In this document: positions 32,174-41,423 of the stretch, piece by piece
How positions within the stretch are numbered: position 1 is the stretch's first letter
Layout: each line of letters begins with the position of its first letter
NCBI GenBank assembly: GCA_963677495.2
Contig: CAXXOU010000004.1
Coordinates: 992,001 to 1,056,000, forward strand
DNA: 64,000 nt
Direction of reading: 5' to 3'
Origin: Candidatus Cloacimonadales bacterium
GTDB taxonomy: Bacteria; Cloacimonadota; Cloacimonadia; Cloacimonadales; JAFGVF01
Notes under the pieces: model-generated
Databases searched by the model: none
Seen by the model: only the letters and a program-made list of their open reading frames with translations
What the model was told of the DNA's origin: nothing
Made by a program: the position numbers and the translations under genes

Positions 32174-33544
32174 ATGAAAATAGTTTTAGCTGGTTTTAAC
32201 GTCGATGAAAGCTTAATTAAACAACTTCCGAATCAGACAATAGCTACACCTGAAGTAATTTCTGCTGCATATGCCAGAATTAGTAGAAGCAAGAAGAACG
32301 TCACTGAATTACGTGCTGAAGCTCAACTTGAGATAGATAAAACCAGAGCTTCGAATGAAACCATATTGTACGAGATGGGGCACGGTTCTATAGCAGAACA
32401 TGCTGTATTCAACTTTGACCTTATTGGTGTTTCCAGATACATTACTGAGTTCATTCAGAAAAGTAGGTTAGCTTCTTTTACAGAGAAATCTCAAAGGTAT
32501 GTTACCTTAAATGGAGATTATGTTACCCCCCAAGAGATTCTTAAAACTCCTCTTGAGAAGGAATTTAATCAGATTATTGACTTGCAAGTAGCTCTTTATA
32601 AAGACCTATACGAAAAAGCGAAAAGTCTGTTACAAGAAACTGACTTTGAAGGTTCTAAAAGGGACCTTCAATCTCGAGCAAAAGAGGATGCCCGTTATTT
32701 CTTAGCTTTAGCAACAGAAACTCAGATGGGTATGACAATAAACGCCAGGAATCTAGAAAGGCTTCTACGACGTTTAGATAAATCTGGTTTAGAAGAAGCT
32801 TTCGCCGTTAGGGAATCTATTCTTGCTCAAGTTCAGAATATAGCACCATCTATTATAAAGTATACTAAGACTGATGTTTTTGAATCCCAAAGGCTTTCTT
32901 TGGAATCAATTGAAAATAAAGCTGATCAAGATGTAGCTCTTATAAGCTATGAAAAAGATGGAGATGATAAAATCTTAACATCCCTATTGTATGAGCACAC
33001 TGATTCTGCTTGGAATGACATTAAAAATACTGTTCAAAACATGGGTTCTGAAGAGAAAAGAGAATGGTTTGCTAAAGCCTTCGAGAATTTGAAAAGCTAT
33101 CACTCAATGCCTAGAGCTTTTGAAACCGTACATTCATGTTTTGAAGTGGTAATCTCAGCATCATGTTTCGCTCAGTTAAAAAGACATAGAATGGGAACAG
33201 TATTAAGAACCGATTATCAACCTGATTTTGGTCTTGTGATTCCTGATTTACTGCGTGATTTGATTGATGAAGAAGCTTTAGATAACTTAGTGAAAAAGAC
33301 TAATTCATTATATATAAAACTCAAAGCTATAAACCCATTGTTAGGTAATTACATTCTGATGAATGCAAATAAATTGAGAGTTCTCTTGACATTTAACATG
33401 AGAGAACTGTATCATTTTGCCAGACTTAGAAGTGATCAGCATGCTCAATGGGAAATCAGAGAGCTTTCCGATAAGATTGTTAATATACTTAAAGATAAGT
33501 ATCCGCTATCAGCAGGAATGATGTGCGGTAAACATCAGTTCTAA
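32174..33544 (+). CDS. thyX: FAD-dependent thymidylate synthase, tandem two-domain form
   Basis: GHGSIAEH, SFTEKSQRY, EDARY, NAR in the N-half; QLKRHR, NMRE..HF..LR..HAQWEIR in the C-half. Confidence 0.88.
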   Translation: MKIVLAGFNVDESLIKQLPNQTIATPEVISAAYARISRSKKNVTELRAEAQLEIDKTRASNETILYEMGHGSIAEHAVFNFDLIGVSRYITEFIQKSRLASFTEKSQRYVTLNGDYVTPQEILKTPLEKEFNQIIDLQVALYKDLYEKAKSLLQETDFEGSKRDLQSRAKEDARYFLALATETQMGMTINARNLERLLRRLDKSGLEEAFAVRESILAQVQNIAPSIIKYTKTDVFESQRLSLESIENKADQDVALISYEKDGDDKILTSLLYEHTDSAWNDIKNTVQNMGSEEKREWFAKAFENLKSYHSMPRAFETVHSCFEVVISASCFAQLKRHRMGTVLRTDYQPDFGLVIPDLLRDLIDEEALDNLVKKTNSLYIKLKAINPLLGNYILMNANKLRVLLTFNMRELYHFARLRSDQHAQWEIRELSDKIVNILKDKYPLSAGMMCGKHQF

Positions 33545-33557
33545 TAAACGAGGAAGT

Positions 33558-33992
33558 ATGAAGCGCATTTCTTTTCTATTATTTACATTAGTTTTATTGA
33601 TTGGTTGTTACCAAGTTCCTCAATCTGGATATCATCCCTATTCTGGTAAGAAACCCAAAGTCGCCAAACCTAAGAAACCTAAGCTTTCAAAGAATTCAAA
33701 GGTTTGGACTTGTAGTTACTATGGTAAGAAGTTTCATGGAAGAAAGACAGCAAATGGTGAGACATTCAATATGTATAAAGTATCATGTGCTCATAAATCA
33801 CTACCCTTTAATACTCTTTTGAAAGTGACGAATGTAAAGAATGGAAAATCTATTCAAGTTAGAGTTAATGATAGAGGTCCTTACGTTGATGGAAGAGATC
33901 TAGACCTTTCTTTTGCTGCCATGAAAAAACTTGGTGGTATCAAGGATGGTGTAATCAAAGCAGAAGTAAAAATTGTGAAGGAGGGGAAATGA
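33558..33992 (+). CDS. rlpA: RlpA-family lytic transglycosylase lipoprotein
   Basis: LIGC lipobox, SYYG..FHG..TANGE, AHKSLP, VNDRGP. Confidence 0.92.
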   Translation: MKRISFLLFTLVLLIGCYQVPQSGYHPYSGKKPKVAKPKKPKLSKNSKVWTCSYYGKKFHGRKTANGETFNMYKVSCAHKSLPFNTLLKVTNVKNGKSIQVRVNDRGPYVDGRDLDLSFAAMKKLGGIKDGVIKAEVKIVKEGK

Positions 33993-34891
33993 AACATTTT
34001 GAGTTCTCACCCGAAGTTGAATATGGTTTACACAATAACTTGCCGATTCTTGCTCTAGAATCAACCGTTATCACTCATGGGATGCCATATCCTGATAATC
34101 TTAAGACTGCTAAACAACTTGAAGCAATTGTTAGACATCATAATGTGATTCCTGCAACTATATGCGTGCTTGACGGTGTAATAAAAGTCGGCATGACTGA
34201 AAATGATTTTGATAAACTCACGCATGCAGAGAATAAGGAAAAGATTTCTCAGAAAGATATAGTATATGCTCTAAACAGAAAACTCACCGGTGGTACAACC
34301 GTGGCTGCTACAATGTATATTGCCTGGAAAGCAGGTATAAAAGTATTCGCTACAGGTGGCATTGGAGGTGTACATAGAAACGCTGAGAAAACAATGGATA
34401 TCTCGTCCGATATAATGGCATTCGCTAAATATCCTGTAATCGTTGTTTCAGCAGGTGCTAAAGCTATTCTTGATCTAGGAAAAACTCTTGAATCATTAGA
34501 GACGCTTTCTGTTCCTGTTCTAGGATATCAAACAGATACATTCCCGGCTTTTTATAGTAGTAAGAGTAGCCATAAAGTACGAAAAGTTGATAGTACTGCA
34601 GATATAGTAAATCTATATAAGATTCAGGAAGATTTAAATTTATGGAATGGAATGCTGATAGCTAATCCCATACCGATAGAACATGAGATTCCACAATACG
34701 TTATGGAAGAAAAGATTGAAGATGCTCTTAGAGAAGCTGATAACCAAAAAGTTCAAGGAAAAGATATTACTCCTTATCTTCTTTCAAAACTTGTAGATAT
34801 GACAAATGGTAAATCACTCAAGACAAACATAGAGTTGATCAAAAACAATGTTGAGCTTGGGTGTAAACTTGCAATTGAAATGGTTAAGTAA
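33989..34891 (+). CDS. psuG: Pseudouridine-5'-phosphate glycosidase
   Basis: ALESTVITHGMPYP, GTTVAAT, FATGGIGGVHR, GAKAILD. Confidence 0.95.
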   Translation: MKHFEFSPEVEYGLHNNLPILALESTVITHGMPYPDNLKTAKQLEAIVRHHNVIPATICVLDGVIKVGMTENDFDKLTHAENKEKISQKDIVYALNRKLTGGTTVAATMYIAWKAGIKVFATGGIGGVHRNAEKTMDISSDIMAFAKYPVIVVSAGAKAILDLGKTLESLETLSVPVLGYQTDTFPAFYSSKSSHKVRKVDSTADIVNLYKIQEDLNLWNGMLIANPIPIEHEIPQYVMEEKIEDALREADNQKVQGKDITPYLLSKLVDMTNGKSLKTNIELIKNNVELGCKLAIEMVK

Positions 34892-34924
34892 TTATAAAAT
34901 AAATGGGTTAATTCAGGAGGATTA

Positions 34925-36229
34925 ATGACATATTCACTACTCCCTAAAGTACAGGATGCAGATTTACAGGGAAAAGTCGTTCTTGTGAGAGTTGATCACA
35001 ATGTTGTTAAAAAAGGAGTAATTAAAGATACTGAGCGTATTGATGCAACTATTCCAACACTCTTCAACATCGTGCTAAGAGGTGGAAAACTTATTTTGAT
35101 GACACATAATGGACGCCCGAAAGATAAGAAAACTGGTGCTATTACTATATCTAAAGATGATTCAATAGAGCCAATTGTAGACTATCTAAAGAATAAGCTT
35201 AATGTACGGGTTGTTATTCCCGAGTGGTTTAAAAGAAATGATAATGGAATAGAAGTTGTAGATGAAGTTTGTCATAAGATGGTAAATGATCTCAAGACTG
35301 GTAATATTGATATTATTTATCTACCTAATACTAGGTGGTTCAGAGGTGAAGAATCTAATGATGAAGATACAGACTGTCTTGCTAATGCCCTATCAAAACT
35401 AGCTGATGTATATGTCAATGATGCTTTTGGCTCATGGCAAGCTCATGCCTCAACAAAACATATTACTAAGCATCTTCCAAGTTACTCCGGTATGCTTATG
35501 CAAAAAGAGATCTTCCATCTTAAAGAGCTATTCCAACCGAAGAGACCATTTGTAGGTATTGTCGCCGGTGCAAAGTTCGATACAAAGATTAAGCCTCTTA
35601 ATCAGCTTTTGGAGCTTGTTGACTATCTGATATTAGGTGGTGTTATTTATAATGCATATCTTTGTGCAAAATATGATATTGAGATTAAAGGAATAACAGA
35701 AACTGATCTTAAGTTTGCTCGTGAATTCCTGAAACGTGCTAATGAATTTCCTCAACGTATTGTAGAATTACCATATATCATAGAATCTGATACTTTAGAA
35801 GGGATGATTCCGGGACAATATAGAACACATTTTCTGCATGATTTAAAACCCGGTACTAAGCTGAACTATGTGCTTGATATTTCTTGGGAAAGCTGGGAGC
35901 TTAGACATGTTAAAGAAGTATTCAGTCGTGCTAACATGTTCTTTGTTAATGCTGTTATGGGGTTTATGCCTGACTTCAGTGATGGCACTCAGAGGATGTA
36001 TGAGCTGGTCTCGCAGAATGAACATGCTATGAAAACATTTGGTGGTGGAGATACGCTTCAAGAGTTCAAGGCTCTGAACTATGAAACATACCTTAAAGCT
36101 GTAGAACGCTCAGACTACTATTTCTATACCGGTGGTGGAGCAGTACTTAACTCAATAGAGCAGGGGTCAGCTTATGGTATGGAGCCCGTTCAAGCGTTGA
36201 TAGAAAACCAAAACAACTTTAATAAATAG
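34925..36229 (+). CDS. pgk: Phosphoglycerate kinase, divergent
   Basis: RVDHNV, GRP, NDAFG, HAS, GAK, GGGDT, TGGGA. Confidence 0.88.
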   Translation: MTYSLLPKVQDADLQGKVVLVRVDHNVVKKGVIKDTERIDATIPTLFNIVLRGGKLILMTHNGRPKDKKTGAITISKDDSIEPIVDYLKNKLNVRVVIPEWFKRNDNGIEVVDEVCHKMVNDLKTGNIDIIYLPNTRWFRGEESNDEDTDCLANALSKLADVYVNDAFGSWQAHASTKHITKHLPSYSGMLMQKEIFHLKELFQPKRPFVGIVAGAKFDTKIKPLNQLLELVDYLILGGVIYNAYLCAKYDIEIKGITETDLKFAREFLKRANEFPQRIVELPYIIESDTLEGMIPGQYRTHFLHDLKPGTKLNYVLDISWESWELRHVKEVFSRANMFFVNAVMGFMPDFSDGTQRMYELVSQNEHAMKTFGGGDTLQEFKALNYETYLKAVERSDYYFYTGGGAVLNSIEQGSAYGMEPVQALIENQNNFNK

Positions 36230-36244
36230 TTTGAACTTACTTTG

Positions 36245-36268
36245 AGGGCTGTGAAAACAGCCCTTTTT
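36245..36268 (+). terminator. Intrinsic terminator after pgk
   Basis: AGGGCTG-tgaaaa-CAGCCCT followed by TTTT. Confidence 0.75.
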
Positions 36269-36275
36269 AATTACT

Positions 36276-37238
36276 ATGAAGAAGCTACTAATTTTATTAA
36301 CACTAGTCACAACGTTCATCTTAGATGCTAAGACTGAATTCTTCCATTGGAAGTATAAAAACGATTCATACACATTAGAAGCAAGTTTCCCTGAGGAGAT
36401 GTATGAATTCTATAGAAGTCGCTCAAGAAACAGGGATTATGTGTATTTTGCAACAGATACATTTGATGACAAGCTTATAAATAGCTTTGCTAAATCTATG
36501 CATAGACTCTCTCGAAAAAACTTCCTTTCGAAAGAGGATGAGTTCAACCTTGTAATTGCCTTTATTCAAGCATTGCCGTATACTACAGATGAGATTACAG
36601 CCGGTGTGGGAGAATACGCACGATTTCCGTTTGAAACTCTCTTTGAAAAGGGAGGTGACTGTGAGGATACTGCAATATTAGCTTGTGCTATTTTAACTGA
36701 GATGGGGTATGATTGTTTGCTTGTAAGAATGGATGACCATATGGCAATGGCGATAAACTATCCAGCTAATAGTGGCACTCATTTTACTGTCGATGGAAAG
36801 AAATACTATTATCTTGAGACAACAGGGCTTAATTGGAAACTTGGTGAGGTTCCTGAGGAATATTCAGATCAATCAGCAACCCCAATTCCACTTGTCCATA
36901 CGCCGTATATAGAAATTGAAGCAGAATGGAAGGGTGATTATTATCTTAACTCGGCAGATCCTTCAATTGATCTCTCGATTGACTTAACACTTACAAATCT
37001 TGGGTCAGCGGATGCTAATGATTTAACAGTACTTATAACTATTGAAGATTCCAATGGTTCAATAATAGATCAATTTAGATCTATCAGATATCACCTCAAG
37101 CAAGAAAGAACAATGAAAGTTCTGAACAGCTCTCTACGAGCATATAAAAGAAGAGAATATCAAGTTATTGTAACAATTTTTGAAGGTGAAGATGTAGTAG
37201 GAGAGATTATTAGTGACTGGGAGTATATCAACGAATAG
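36276..37238 (+). CDS. Secreted transglutaminase-like protein with C-terminal Ig/CARDB-like region
   Basis: Signal peptide; P.ETL..GGDCED..IL, H.AM, YYYLETT. Confidence 0.75.
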   Translation: MKKLLILLTLVTTFILDAKTEFFHWKYKNDSYTLEASFPEEMYEFYRSRSRNRDYVYFATDTFDDKLINSFAKSMHRLSRKNFLSKEDEFNLVIAFIQALPYTTDEITAGVGEYARFPFETLFEKGGDCEDTAILACAILTEMGYDCLLVRMDDHMAMAINYPANSGTHFTVDGKKYYYLETTGLNWKLGEVPEEYSDQSATPIPLVHTPYIEIEAEWKGDYYLNSADPSIDLSIDLTLTNLGSADANDLTVLITIEDSNGSIIDQFRSIRYHLKQERTMKVLNSSLRAYKRREYQVIVTIFEGEDVVGEIISDWEYINE

Positions 37239-37478
37239 AAATTGTTAGGACTTTCCAAAAATATATTTTCTCAGATTTCCATGAAAGACCATTTCCAGCC
37301 GTTTTGAGCAATATTTTTTACATCTTGCAAGGTAGTGCTTAGATTTTTTTAAGATGTGATAATTTTTCAATTATCAATCAGTTAAGAATAGCCTTGTAAA
37401 AAAGTTTATAAAAAGTGTAAAATTTCTATTGACACGCACGGCCCACTTTGGTTTGTATGTTCACACATCGCAAGATGA

Positions 37479-37553
37479 TCCGGAATAGCTCAGCGGTAGA
37501 GCAGTTGGCTGTTAACCAATTTGTCGGGGGTTCAAATCCCTCTTCCGGAGCCA
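37479..37553 (+). tRNA. tRNA-Asn (GTT)
   Basis: TCCGGAA/TTCCGGA acceptor stem, D arm, anticodon GTT at 37511-37513, GGTTCAAATCC T arm, encoded CCA. Confidence 0.97.
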
Positions 37554-37560
37554 GATTTTT

Positions 37561-37587
37561 AGCCTGCTTAATGCAGGCTTTTTTTTA
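37561..37587 (+). terminator. Intrinsic terminator after tRNA-Asn
   Basis: AGCCTGC-ttaat-GCAGGCT then T tract. Confidence 0.88.
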
Positions 37588-37659
37588 TTTACCCTTTGCT
37601 TGTCAGATTGTGTATCATATTTAATATTGGCATTAAAGATATCAGTATAGGAGAGACTA

Positions 37660-38640
37660 ATGGGGAATAGCATTAAATATCAAACAAGTAATCTGAATCT
37701 GTCAGTTAATCAAAATTTAGATTTCATCTTGCATATATTGGCACATCTTGAAACAAACAATGTTGCTTCTAATTACGACGAAGGATATGTTGAAGAGATT
37801 ACTCAGATAAAACAGGAAACTATTTCATCTTTGAAATCAAAACTGGAACCATTAGCATGTGGAAGTTATGCATATATCTCCTTTCTACCGATATTTTTCC
37901 CTGAATTGGACCAGGTTTTCAATATCCTTAGCTTTATTGCCACAAAAGATAGAAACTATATTGATTCGCTACCGAACTCAATACTTCCGTTGATAAACTA
38001 TTTAGATAGTAATTTCGAGGAAAAGCGTAAAGAGGAGTTACTAACTTTCGTTAAAGTATGTAGGGATGAGTATCTTACATTTTTCGCTGATTATTGGTTG
38101 TCAAAAAAGGATAGTTTCGAAGAAAGAATGAAACTATTTTTAGATGTTTGGGATTCAGAGATGAATCAGCTCTTTATCAATCTCTTTAAATCCAACAATA
38201 AACATCAATACCATATCTATCTTTCTGATTGTATGCTAAAGAATGGTAGAGGAGTCTCTATGGATCTGCAATCAATAGGCTCAGTATCCAAGCTTCCTGA
38301 GAATAGGGAAGAGGTAATGTATTCTTGGATGATTGCTATTCATGAGTCAATCCATCAGATTACAGATAACATAGTGATGAGTGTACTGAATGTAAACCAT
38401 GAACAACGGAGCTTGAACCAAAACGATGCTAATTTTGATATTCATATGGCTTTTGAAAACGCTGTTTTTTATACTCATTTCAAGCTCATGAGCATGAATC
38501 GCTCATCTTCTACCACAGAAGTTCTAAAACTATTCAGTGATTTCTCAAATCAGAATATAGAATCAGTATCTCAGTTTCATGAACTTTTCCCTAACGAAGA
38601 TAGTGTGATGGAAGCGATTGATATAATTATCCCGGATTAG
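37660..38640 (+). CDS. Hypothetical protein with HExxH motif, possible zinc metallopeptidase
   Basis: AIHESIH followed by a downstream Glu (AFEN); RBS AGGAG. Confidence 0.55.
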   Translation: MGNSIKYQTSNLNLSVNQNLDFILHILAHLETNNVASNYDEGYVEEITQIKQETISSLKSKLEPLACGSYAYISFLPIFFPELDQVFNILSFIATKDRNYIDSLPNSILPLINYLDSNFEEKRKEELLTFVKVCRDEYLTFFADYWLSKKDSFEERMKLFLDVWDSEMNQLFINLFKSNNKHQYHIYLSDCMLKNGRGVSMDLQSIGSVSKLPENREEVMYSWMIAIHESIHQITDNIVMSVLNVNHEQRSLNQNDANFDIHMAFENAVFYTHFKLMSMNRSSSTTEVLKLFSDFSNQNIESVSQFHELFPNEDSVMEAIDIIIPD

Positions 38641-38651
38641 TTGGAGTATAT

Positions 38652-39470
38652 ATGTTATTAATCAAAAAACTTAACCTTGAAGGCATAAAACAAAGTGACA
38701 TAATTAAATCAACTCATCCTAGATTCCAGTGTCGACTCGAAAGCAACGATGATACTGAATCTAGCTTTTATCTCTTGAATAGAGATGGAGAAGAGATTGG
38801 ATTCTTCACTACTAAAGCCGATAATACTAAACTAAGCATGAAAATTTTCACTATCAATCGCGACCTGGATGTGGAACCTATAACTAAATGGATTAAGAGC
38901 AGATATTTTAATTCTTGCATTGAGTACATAACGATTCAAACTATTTCACGATCTGAAGATGTTTTACACAAGTTCTCCGGATTAGATTATCTTTTGCTTT
39001 ACGAGATTTCTGATGGAATAGGTGCTCACCAAAACATACTAAGTTCAGAGCTTACTGTCAGTAACGCAGTTGAGAACTATGACGAGTTGACAAAATTCTT
39101 TAAGAAAGTCTTTGTAGATGATGAAGAATATTGTAGGGCAAATTGGTCTAAACTTGTGCAAAACTATAAAGAGCTTGAGCTTCCTAAACTTGAGATAGTT
39201 GTTAACTATAATGGCAAAATTGTTGGTGCAATTATCGGCCTTAAAACTCCACTTAATAAATACTATCTACACACTATTGGAGTTGATAAAGATTTCAGAG
39301 GAAAAGGAATTGGCAGATTTTTAATGGATAATTTTATAAATAAAACAAATGGAGTTACAACTTATCTAAATGTCTTAGCATCTGCTAATGTTGCTCGATC
39401 TCTATACGAATCAGTTGGATTCAATAACTTAAAAACTGCTTCTGTCTATTGCTCATTTAAGGATTTTTAG
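38652..39470 (+). CDS. GNAT N-acetyltransferase (C-terminal RimI-like domain)
   Basis: IGVDKDFRGKGIG and N.VARSLYESVGF. Confidence 0.85.
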   Translation: MLLIKKLNLEGIKQSDIIKSTHPRFQCRLESNDDTESSFYLLNRDGEEIGFFTTKADNTKLSMKIFTINRDLDVEPITKWIKSRYFNSCIEYITIQTISRSEDVLHKFSGLDYLLLYEISDGIGAHQNILSSELTVSNAVENYDELTKFFKKVFVDDEEYCRANWSKLVQNYKELELPKLEIVVNYNGKIVGAIIGLKTPLNKYYLHTIGVDKDFRGKGIGRFLMDNFINKTNGVTTYLNVLASANVARSLYESVGFNNLKTASVYCSFKDF

Positions 39471-39624
39471 TAACAATTTATTTTTCGTTATTAAGAAGGA
39501 CTTTTTATAAATAAGCTGACAACATATTGGAGATGCATGCATTAGTGGTTTTTCTCTGAACTTACGCTGCTAGATGAATCGATTGAATAATCACGATTTA
39601 ATCCATTCTTTTTGATTTGGATGC

Positions 39625-39966
39625 CATACACAGTGCAATTCCCAATAACTTACCACATTTCAGAGAGTTTGTCAGCCTGATAAAGCAGCGGACTTCCTAA
39701 AATGTACTTCGAAGCTGCATGCCCCTGATTTCGTTCTCGCGTCACGCTATAGCTGCAACGCAAGTCCGAAATAGACATACACAGTGCGTTTTGCAATAAC
39801 TTAGCTACATTTATTGCCCTTTTCACTCACCATCACTGCACTTTCTATCAACGCACTGTGTCTGCACTGTGCACGCACTGTGAAGGCACTGCCAACCCAC
39901 TGTTTCACTGGGTTCACAGTGCGTGCGCAGTGGGAAAACAGTGGGATGACTGTGTTTTGGTAAAGA
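39625..39966 (+). repeat. Modular dispersed element, family C, copy 2
   Basis: Same hairpin modules and the same 5+4 CACTG/CAGTG array as 8955..9410. Confidence 0.92.
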
Positions 39967-40325
39967 GTTTACTAAAAGTTTGCGATATCGCAAAAGAAGA
40001 GTATCTGCAAGACGACTCAGGAAAAGGTGTGGCACATAAAAGTGATACATGCTAATTGCGAAAAGTGGGGTAGGTTAGTTCAGTTTCCATAAATCTACGT
40101 TTGGTATCTAAGGTACTTCTATGCTGAGCGAATCTTGATTGCTTTAATGAGACATTACATCAAAAATGCAGTTATTCAATGGTATATTTTGAGAATACTG
40201 AATACAAAAATGAGAAACAGTAGTTTAGGATTCCCCAAAAATACAATTTACAATAAGAAAAAATATTAAATCCTATTCAGATAATATGAATTATCTCATA
40301 TACAAGCATTTAGTATGAATGTTAA

Positions 40326-40343
40326 TTGTGATAATAATGACAA
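40326..40343. promoter_or_regulatory. Putative Rex operator upstream of the hydrogenase operon
   Basis: TTGTGATAATAATGACAA versus consensus TTGTGAAnnnnTTCACAA. Confidence 0.45.
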
Positions 40344-40581
40344 AACATGAGCTATAGGAAGTTATAAGAATGTGTTAAGAAACTTGAGTGAATTAACCTG
40401 AAATCATACTTCAAAAAGTTAGCTATTTCTGACAATATAGATGAGAGCAATAAACTAAGGTAAAAGCTATATAAAATATGAATTTATGGTTGACAATTAA
40501 TCGTATGAAGTCTCATTTGTACAAAAATTTCTCAATTAAGAAATAAAGAATCTAAGTTCAACAAAAAACGGAGGTTGATTG

Positions 40582-40947
40582 ATGAAAACCTTAGCTGAAT
40601 TAAGAAAGATTCGTGAAAAGGCACAAGCAGATATGAAACTGCGTGGCTCAAACACGAGAGTAAAAGTAATTGTAGGAATGGGAACATCCGGAATCGCCAT
40701 GGGTGCCCGTGAAGTTATGAAAACTTTCCTCGACGAAGTAGGTAAACGCAATTTAAGTGACGTTCAAGTAACACAGACCGGAGAGAAAGGTCTTACTTCA
40801 ATGGAACCTGTTGTTGATATCGTAGAAGAGGGAAAACCTGTTGTAACTTACGGTGAGATGAATCCCGACAAAGTTATGAGAGTTATCGATGAGCACATTA
40901 TGAACGGTAACGTTGTTAACGAATTTGTCGTTACTGTTGATAAATAG
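40582..40947 (+). CDS. hndB: Hydrogenase thioredoxin-like ferredoxin subunit (HndB-like), cysteine-free
   Basis: VGMGTSGIA.GAR..TG..G....EP..VTYG..I.EHI.NG pattern; no Cys in the protein. Confidence 0.8.
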   Translation: MKTLAELRKIREKAQADMKLRGSNTRVKVIVGMGTSGIAMGAREVMKTFLDEVGKRNLSDVQVTQTGEKGLTSMEPVVDIVEEGKPVVTYGEMNPDKVMRVIDEHIMNGNVVNEFVVTVDK

Positions 40948-40967
40948 GGTAAAAAAGGAAAAAATGT

Positions 40968-41423
40968 ATGTACGAAGAAATTTTTGCCAAATATGAACCA
41001 ACCAAAGATAATCTTATCTACATCCTGCATGATATTCAGGATGCACATCCTCAACAGTATCTGAGCGAAGATGCTGTACAGAGAGTTTCAGAGTATTTAA
41101 ACGTGCCTGTTAACCACATCTATGGTGTGATCACTTTCTACGGTATGTATAGTACAAAACCACGTGGAAAATTCATTGTTCGCCTTTGCGAGTCACCACC
41201 ATGTTACCTTAAAGGTTCAGACAACATCTACAAAAAACTCAAAACAGTTTTAGGTGTTAAAGCCGGAGAAACAACTGCAGACGGAATGTTCACATTAGAG
41301 TTTTGTGCTTGTCTCGGTGTTTGCGGTAATGCTCCTGTTATGATGGTTAATGAAGATGTATATGGTAATCTTACAGAGGAATCTGTAGAGAAGATTATCG
41401 AAAAAATCAGAGGAGGCAACTAA
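40968..41423 (+). CDS. hndA: Hydrogenase NuoE-like [2Fe-2S] subunit (HndA/HydC)
   Basis: TFY, CESPPC and CLGVC ligands. Confidence 0.9.
   Translation: MYEEIFAKYEPTKDNLIYILHDIQDAHPQQYLSEDAVQRVSEYLNVPVNHIYGVITFYGMYSTKPRGKFIVRLCESPPCYLKGSDNIYKKLKTVLGVKAGETTADGMFTLEFCACLGVCGNAPVMMVNEDVYGNLTEESVEKIIEKIRGGN

Noticed and set aside
37479..39470. Prophage or ICE integrated at tRNA-Asn
   Set aside because: No integrase, phage genes or duplicated tRNA 3' end seen in the window.
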